Below, piece after piece: positions 51,389 through 59,547 of a DNA stretch of 59,547 nt. Within the stretch, counting starts at the first letter, position 1. Every line of letters starts with the position of its first letter. Below the pieces are notes generated by a model. It had not been told where the DNA came from. It was given only the letters and a program-made list of their open reading frames with translations, and made no database searches. This DNA is from Octopus bimaculoides (taxonomy: Eukaryota): positions 55,919,144-55,978,690 of the forward strand of contig NC_068990.1 of the NCBI RefSeq assembly GCF_001194135.2, given 5' to 3'. The position numbers were made by a program, and so were the translations under genes.

Positions 51389-51930
51389 TCGAGTAATCCC
51401 ATTTAACCAATTGCTTAGTAAGACCTTAAAAATCAAAGATTGATGAAATTGTCGACCCAAACTTGATGCAGCATGGAATCAGAAAGAACCTGGATCCAAC
51501 AGTTAAAAAAGAAAAACTAAAATAAGATGGAGAGAATTTATTTTGGAAATTAAATAATTTATTTCGTTAAAAAGAATCTACTATATAATATTGATGGCTT
51601 TTCATGAAAAATATGAAATTTACAAAATTGTTCACTGTGTATAAGGGAGGCAAATCAACATTTTTTGTACGTGATATTGTCCCTTAAAATTAGTGGCTTA
51701 TGTTGTTTGTTGGCCTTTATGCGAATTGCAAACTATCTACAGTATTCTACATATTAAACATGGGAGATAATTCAAATAATTTGTGACAGAGTATTTGCCC
51801 TTGAAATTAGATTTTATTTTACTATGTTGAGGTGTCAGTACGTACGTATGTAGGTATGAACACACACACACACATACGCATACACACAGAGATTTCACAC
51901 ACACACATACATGCATATATATATATATAT

Positions 51931-52032
<102 letters not shown>

Positions 52033-52678
52033 TTNNNNNNNNNNNNNNNNNNNNNNNNNNNNNNNNNNNNNNNNNNNNNNNNNNNNNNNNNNNNNNNNNN
52101 NNNNNNNNNNNNNNNNNNNNNNNNNNNNNNNNNNNNNNNNNNNNNNNNNNNNNNNNNNNNNNNNNNNNNNNNNNNNNNNNNNNNNNNNNNNNNNNNNNNN
52201 NNNNNNNNNNNNNNNNNNNNNNNNNNNNNNNNNNNNNNNNNNNNNNNNNNNNNNNNNNNNNNNNNNNNNNNNNNNNNNNNNNNNNNNNNNNNNNNNNNNN
52301 NNNNNNNNNNNNNNNNNNNNNNNNNNNNNNNNNNNNNNNNNNNNNNNNNNNNNNNNNNNNNNNNNNNNNNNNNNNNNNNNNNNNNNNNNNNNNNNNNNNN
52401 NNNNNNNNNNNNNNNNNNNNNNNNNNNNNNNNNNNNNNNNNNNNNNNNNNNNNNNNNNNNNNNNNNNNNNNNNNNNNNNNNNNNNNNNNNNNNNNNNNNN
52501 NNNNNNNNNNNNNNNNNNNNNNNNNNNNNNNNNNNNNNNNNNNNNCAAATAGTTGGTTTATTTTGAGTAACGAAGGCAGTGATGGTCCCTAAGCAACCGA
52601 TAATCTAAAGAAGAAGAGAAAGGAAGTGCCAGTGAGAAAAGCAGTATACATATGACATTTGTAAAAGCCTCAAAAAAT

Positions 52679-52707
52679 ATCATCATCATCATCACCATCA
52701 TCATCAC

Positions 52708-52781
<74 letters not shown>
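52679..52781. repeat. (ATC)n microsatellite
   Basis: Direct reading; source of the poly-M and poly-D ORFs. Confidence 0.95.
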
Positions 52782-52782
<1 letters not shown>

Positions 52783-52798
52783 AGTCATAATTATTATT

Positions 52799-52936
52799 AG
52801 GCCGGCGTGCTGGTAGAATTTTTAGCACACCGGGCAAAACGCTTACTGACATTACGTCTGCCGATACGTTCTGAGTTCAAATACAGCCGAAGTCGACTCT
52901 GCTTTTCATCCTTTTGAGGTCGATAAAATAAGTGCC
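52799..52936 (+). mobile_element. SINE family A, 3'-truncated
   Basis: GGCCGGCGTGCTGGTAGAATTTTTAGCACACCGGGC...TGAGTTCAAAT...TTTCATCCTTTTGAGGTCGATAAAATAAGTGCC. Confidence 0.8.
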
Positions 52937-53347
52937 TAAATTCAGTTTTCAAAACTGTGGTATCATTTCATTAACTATGCGATCACATATTCAGTTTTCG
53001 AAAATGTGATATCATTTTCGCATTAACTATGCGGTCACATTCTTTAATGCGCCTTAAATTATGTTTTCCGTGATAGGTTTTACTTTAAATCGATATTATA
53101 CTTACTGTAACTAATGTTGAGGGGGTTATAGTCATAAATCCACCAACGCTAATCCCCAGTATTGACGAAGACATTCGATTTAACACCAACATCATCTGGA
53201 AATACAGCAGGAAAAAAAAAATCTCATGTGTTGCAAATTAATTAACATTCAAAGCTTATGACAGCAAATACACAGAGCCATATGTATTAATGGCGAAAAA
53301 ACAGATAGGCAGATAGAGAGGCATGTGTCTAGAAAGATAGAAGGATG

Positions 53348-53391
<44 letters not shown>

Positions 53392-53659
53392 TTCACGCAC
53401 GCACAAGCATATATAAATATATGTAAAAATTGTAGAATAAACTAAAACTTTTTGCATTATACAAACATTGTCGCTTATACACTTGGTAGTTAATACGTTT
53501 GGTAGAATGTTTGATATGCTTATCATATTAAAATTGAGAAACGACTCTGTATTTTGTCCCAAAATGAGCTGTTTACTGTCGTCATGAACAGCTTAGTGAG
53601 CGGTGAAACAATAAGTAAATTGTCAAACTTCTATATCCTCAACCAACACATATACATAT

Positions 53660-53828
53660 AAGTGACGTGCTTCCACACCGTTTCCATCAATCAAATTCAC
53701 TCACAAGTTATTGGTGTGTCCGAGGTTAAAGTCAAATAAACTTGCTGAGACTCTACCCACTGACACTTAAGCCGGAAATAAGGTGGTTTCAAAGCGAGGT
53801 TCCCAACCGCACAGATACTCTGGCACCA
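53660..53828 (-). mobile_element. Degenerate family B 5' half
   Basis: CAAATTCACTCACAAG...CCGAGG...AACTTGCT...CCGGAA...AACCGCACAG follows the B order. Confidence 0.5.
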
Positions 53829-54047
53829 AAACTGTCTGAAAGGTATACATTGTTTGAAAGAAAACTTACCCGTAAATGGAAATCGGGTATTTCAAAGTCA
53901 TGTTTGATTTTATATATATTTTTACGGATTTGATAGATCTGAAAAAGAAAACAGAAAAAGCATATAAAGTGATACACACACACGTTTGATTTGTAATATT
54001 TTTTTTATCTTTTATCTGTTAGATGTTTCCTATATTATACCGCGCCC

Positions 54048-54082
<35 letters not shown>

Positions 54083-54779
54083 TACGTATATATGCGTTTA
54101 TGTATGTATGTATATATAATCCAAATGTACAAGAAACAAAAAACAGACAGGTGAAGGAACAACAGGCAAGGTATACGTATGCGCGCGCATGTGAGTGCAT
54201 GGCTATCGCATTTGATTCAACAACGCAACTACTCCCGCCAAAATATAATTAATGTTAATGATTTCATCTATTGCATAGATTAAAGGTGGTTTGCCACGTA
54301 ATCCTTGAGTAAACACGTGAGGTTTTATAATCGTTAGAATATGATCAATTCACATAGCGAACAGAGTAAAAATATCAAAATTCTCTGTGGCTGTACTGCA
54401 CGGAAAATTTAATCAATAATTTACTACTAAGATTTAAGAGAAAAGTTAGTATAAGCATTTGATTTTCATAATAACTGCTACCGTTTTCTGGTTTACATAA
54501 AGGAAGAAAATATATTTTGTGGTTATAACGGGAACAAACGATAGCGATTGCAATACACCGCCATGCCGCACGAGTAAGTAAACCACCGCCATCATCGTCA
54601 ACGTAGTCGTCGTCGAAGGCAGCAGCGACGCCGTCTTAATTTATCATCGGCAACAACAAAATTGGCTTTTAAAAAAGAATATAATTTGATGCTAATTTCG
54701 GTTTGGAAAGTAAAGAATTTTCTGTATGGGGGAATAAATGAAGAATTCCAAAGGTGAGAGAAAGAAAGCTCTTTATTGC

Positions 54780-54817
<38 letters not shown>

Positions 54818-54912
54818 GGCATGTCCGTCCGTCCGTACGTCCGTCCGTCTGTCTGTCTATCGTCCTCTCCATATCTGTGTCCAATCAGTACGTGTGTGTT
54901 TGAGCAAATGCT

Positions 54913-54943
<31 letters not shown>

Positions 54944-55727
54944 GCTTCCTTGTGTGTGCTGTATCATACCTATATCGTATTTTTATATAAATGCACATGT
55001 ATGTGTGACTGTGTGTACGCATTTATATATACACACACACACACATGCACACAGGCGCATACATACATACACTTACACGCATATAAGAAAACACACGCGC
55101 GCGCACATGCACACATTATTTTGAATGTGGACACAGGTACGCCTGAATTAACTACGAAATTCATGAAGTCCCGGATTTTGAGCAATTATTTCGCTGCTAT
55201 ACTGGGGCTCGACCGAAGGTTTGCGAATGAAACTGAGTGAGTAGAACCTCAATAACGGTACGTCAAATGGGGCTACAATTGTTAGGACAGATTCTCAGCC
55301 CTGTCATCTTGTGTCACAGTGAATCTGTCTAAGAATTACATAAATTGTGTCTGTGATATACTCTCTGAGTTGCCACTCTGATATGCGGAATTGGAAGACG
55401 GAAAATGGAGCGCTCATGCGCCGAAATCAACTGCTGAGACAACCGTATATATGTATATGTACACACACACACACACACACAAATATAAATATAGATATAT
55501 ATATACAGAGAGAGAGAGAAAGAAAGAGGGAGATGTCTATTATATATATATACACAATTTGTTCATACACAAGAAATATATATATATATAAATACGTATA
55601 CTGTATATATATATACACACACATATNNNNNNNNNNNNNNNNNNNNNNNNNNNNNNNNNNNNNNNNNNNNNNNNNNNNNNNNNNNNNNNNNNNNNNNNNN
55701 NNNNNNNNNNNNNATATGTATACATCT

Positions 55728-56118
55728 TACACCTTTTACTTGTTTCAGTCACTTGACTTGCGGCCATGCTGGAGCAACGCCTTGAAATATTTTTAGTTGA
55801 ATGAATCGACCCAGTGCTTATTTTTCGTTTTGCTAAGCCTGGTGCTTGTTCTATCGGTCTCTTTTGCCGAACCGCTAACTTACGTAGACGTAAACACACC
55901 AGCACCGGTTGTCGAGCGGTGGTGGCAAACACAAACACAAAGACTCAAACATATATATATATATATATATATGGATATATACGATGGACTTCTAGGTTTC
56001 GTCTACCAAATCCACTCATAAAGTTTTGGTCGGCTCGATGCTTGCCCAAGGTGTTACGCAGTGGGACAGAACCCAGAACCATGTGGTTGAGAAGCAAGCT
56101 TCCTACCACACAGCCACG
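55728..56118 (-). mobile_element. SINE family B, full length with internal (TA)n
   Basis: CTTGTTTCAGTCACTTGACTTGCGGCCATGCTGGAGC ... TTTTGCCGAACCGCTAAC ... (TA)n ... CTTGCCCAAGG...CCATGTGG...CCACACAGCCAC. Confidence 0.85.
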
Positions 56119-56255
56119 TCTTATTTCATCAACCTCGAAAGGATAAAAGGTAAAGTCGGCCGCGGTGGAATTTTGACCGCAGAAGGGAAAAACGGACGAA
56201 ATGTCGCTAAGAATTCTGCTTGGCGTGCTAAAGATTCTGCCAGCGCGTTGTCCTT
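56119..56255 (-). mobile_element. SINE family A directly abutting the family B head
   Basis: CTTATTTCATCAACCTCGAAAGGATAAAAGGTAAAGTCGG...GTGCTAAAGATTCTGCCAGC. Confidence 0.75.
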
Positions 56256-56621
56256 ATGCCAATAAATATATATTATCTGTTATTTTTGTTATTAACCGCA
56301 GGTGACCTCTTATCAAACAGACGACTGTGATGAAAGATGTCTCAGTTCTAAACGCCTCTGTTTCTTTTTTCTTCTAACAAGTCGAACACTACATTAGGAT
56401 GAACCAATCTGGAAGCCTCTACCTTGCACCCAATCTGCAAGAAATGGCAGACAATTTCCCTCTAACTTCACCCTTCGTCTTTCCTTCCTAAATAGGGAAT
56501 GGATATAAATAATAATACAAGGTGTCCATAAATTATCTTAACCGCAATTTAGTGTCGAGTGTGCAAATAATGGAACCCACATGGAAAGGTACTGGTTTTT
56601 CGTAGTAAAAATTTACTTGTT

Positions 56622-56816
56622 TATCCTTTTATTCTTTTACTTGTTTCAGTCATCTGACTGTGGCCATTCTGGAGCACCACCTTGATGGGCTTTTAGTCGA
56701 ACAAATTGATCAGGGAGTTATTTTCATTTTGCCGAACCGCTACGTTAGGGGTACCTAAATACATCAACACCGGTTGTCGAGCGGTGATAGGGTCCCAAAA
56801 CACACACACACACACA
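56622..56816 (-). mobile_element. SINE family B 3' half ending in (CA)n at a gap
   Basis: TTTATTCTTTTACTTGTTTCAGTCATCTGACTGTGGCCATTCTGGAGCACC...TTTGCCGAACCGC...CCGGTTGTCGAGCGGTG. Confidence 0.8.
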
Positions 56817-57409
56817 NNNNNNNNNNNNNNNNNNNNNNNNNNNNNNNNNNNNNNNNNNNNNNNNNNNNNNNNNNNNNNNNNNNNNNNNNNNNNNNNNNNN
56901 NNNNNNNNNNNNNNNNNNNNNNNNNNNNNNNNNNNNNNNNNNNNNNNNNNNNNNNNNNNNNNNNNNNNNNNNNNNNNNNNNNNNNNNNNNNNNNNNNNNN
57001 NNNNNNNNNNNNNNNNNNNNNNNNNNNNNNNNNNNNNNNNNNNNNNNNNNNNNNNNNNNNNNNNNNNNNNNNNNNNNNNNNNNNNNNNNNNNNNNNNNNN
57101 NNNNNNNNNNNNNNNNNNNNNNNNNNNNNNNNNNNNNNNNNNNNNNNNNNNNNNNNNNNNNNNNNNNNNNNNNNNNNNNNNNNNNNNNNNNNNNNNNNNN
57201 NNNNNNNNNNNNNNNNNNNNNNNNNNNNNNNNNNNNNNNNNNNNNNNNNNNNNNNNNNNNNNNNNNNNNNNNNNNNNNNNNNNNNNNNNNNNNNNNNNNN
57301 NNNNNNNNNNNNNNNNNNNNNNNNNNNNNNNNNNNNNNNNNNNNNNNNNNNNNNNNNNNNNNNNNNNNNNNNNNNNNNNNNNNNNNNNNNNNNNNNNNNN
57401 NNNNNNNNN

Positions 57410-57442
<33 letters not shown>

Positions 57443-57625
57443 ACACACAAAATAAAATAAAATATTAACTGTACGGAAAATCGTTCTTCATCGTACGTCG
57501 TCGTTCAACCGACTTACAATTAGCTCTTTCAGGAATGATCTTAGCGTGATTTGAACTCAGTGCGCTGAGAACCGAAATAGATATTGTAAGTCATTCTATC
57601 CAACGTTTTAATAACTGTTCTAGTT

Positions 57626-57780
57626 AAGTCGGCGAATTGGCAGAATCGTTAGCATGCCGGACAAAATGGTTGGTGGTATTTCATCCGTTGTTACGTTCTG
57701 AGTTAAAATTCTGTCTTTCATCCTTTCGGAGTCGATAAAATAAATACCAGTCAAATACTGGGATCGATATCCCTCACCCC
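57626..57780 (+). mobile_element. SINE family A with internal deletion
   Basis: GGCGAATTGGCAGAATCGTTAGCATGCCGGAC...TTTCATCCTTTCGGAGTCGATAAAATAAATACC. Confidence 0.8.
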
Positions 57781-58545
57781 GGCTTACTCCCGTGGGAGAT
57801 ATAATTCCTATCCAGCTAAGCGCTCCTGGGTCAAGGATACATACTATAGGCATACAGCCTTTAAAAGAGAGAAATAAATAGTAGCACCAGTTCGATTGAT
57901 GCTTTTGTGCGTTATAATTTGCGAGAAGAAAAAATCTTATGAATCTGGTGAAGTTTGATTGAAAAAATTGGTTGGATATTTTAATGGATTTGAGACCTTA
58001 GCCTTAGCTTAGATAAAGTATTTAACAACTAACCCATTGGGCAAGAGTTCAGATCCGCGGTTGGTCTTGTCTTTTCTAGTTCAGACACCTCTTGTCCGGT
58101 TAATGGCTTTAATTTAAATAACCTCAGTTAACAGCCAGTTGTCGATCTTCAATAACGTCCATTTGTTTGGGGAATTTCCTCGCATGTAAACTGTTGTAGT
58201 ATCCAGGTGGAGATATATTTTTTCATGGCGATATAATTCTTTTCCAGTTTAAATCCTGCTAATACAGCTAAGCGTGGACCATCGCAACCGTTTCATTGTT
58301 GGATTAAATAGTATAATATTACATATACATATACATAAAAACACACATACATATAGACGCCTAGAACGTAATTTATTTGGGGGCCTTGCTTGACTGCTTT
58401 TTCTAGCAGGTCTTGTTAGTCAGAAGCCATAAACAAGAATTTCGTTTCCAAGTCGTCATAAAAATAGTCTTCTGTCACCGGAAAAAAAGATGTCAGTTTG
58501 GCATCTGTGACTGTATTGATTAAGCAAAGACAACATTGACAACAG

Positions 58546-58576
<31 letters not shown>

Positions 58577-58600
58577 ACCAATGATATCAGCCACCAGCTT

Positions 58601-58653
<53 letters not shown>

Positions 58654-59233
58654 GAGAGCTGACCGAAAGAAAACGGCTTAGTATTTCAGTTTGCCATGGA
58701 GATGAATAGTAACTTTGCTCGCCTTATTGGTTTTGTTCTGATTTAGAAGGAAATGTGCCTTGATATATTAAGAAGATAAAAATAAAAAATAAATAATAAA
58801 ATAAAATAAAATAAAAAAATTTCGGCCTGCTGGAATAAGGCAGGCCAAGCCGCGTGAGGAAGCCTAGCATGCTGACCAGTGAACATGACAGCAGGCGGTA
58901 GTGGACGAAGAATGGTCAAGGAAATAGAGAGAGAGAAAGAGAGTAAGATGTTAAGATAATGTCAGGGAAACAGTGTGTGTGTGTGTGTGTGTGTGTGCGC
59001 GTATGGTTTGCATGTGGGCTTGAGGTGTCGTTATATGTGCTTAGTACGTTCGTGTTGTGTGTATGTTCGAATGGTTATTTGTGGTGTTTTGTCTGTCAGT
59101 GTTTACTCGTGTGTGTGTGTGTGTGTGTGGATGTGTTTGTGCTTGGGTCGATGTGCGTGTTTATTCCTGGGTTAGTGTTGTGTGAATGTGCATCTAAGAA
59201 AATTTGTCGTTGTGTCGATGTGGGCGCGCCCGT

Positions 59234-59298
<65 letters not shown>

Positions 59299-59547
59299 AT
59301 TGTCTGTCTGTCTCTCCAGGTATATATGTATGTATGTATATGCATGTATGAATGTTTGTGTAGGTGTATATGCGTGTGTCTGTATGTGTATATGTTTAAG
59401 TCAGAATGTATTTGATTTGGTGTTTCTATGAACGCAAAGCTCATTCTGTAATAGCCTGAGCATCTGTTTTTTATGAAACACCATTTTTGTTAATGTTCCT
59501 GTTGTTGTTTAAGCCCATAGATGTTGAATAATATATATATATATATA

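Overview
AT-rich animal genomic DNA from a gapped short-read assembly (18 N-runs, nearly all flanked by simple repeats). The SINE families and extreme microsatellite load suggest an octopus genome; this is inferred from recalled repeat families, not from a search. No intact protein-coding gene is visible, and most ORF-track entries are microsatellite or N artefacts. The window is mainly tRNA-derived SINEs of at least four families (A Meta-like, B CORE-like with an internal microsatellite, C, D V-like). It also holds MITEs (Mutator-, hAT-, piggyBac- and mariner-type) and decayed coding remnants of a pogo/Tigger transposase, a mariner transposase, a Penelope-like RT plus GIY-YIG element and LINE ends. 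Main highlights: a heavily decayed Toll-type LRR/TIR receptor pseudogene on the minus strand (about 41.5-43.6 kb) split by a SINE; a MITE with octamer+CCAAT in both TIRs nested in a SINE; a 350-bp foldback; and evidence of SINE module sharing. Family and domain names come from my recognition of motifs by eye and need database confirmation.
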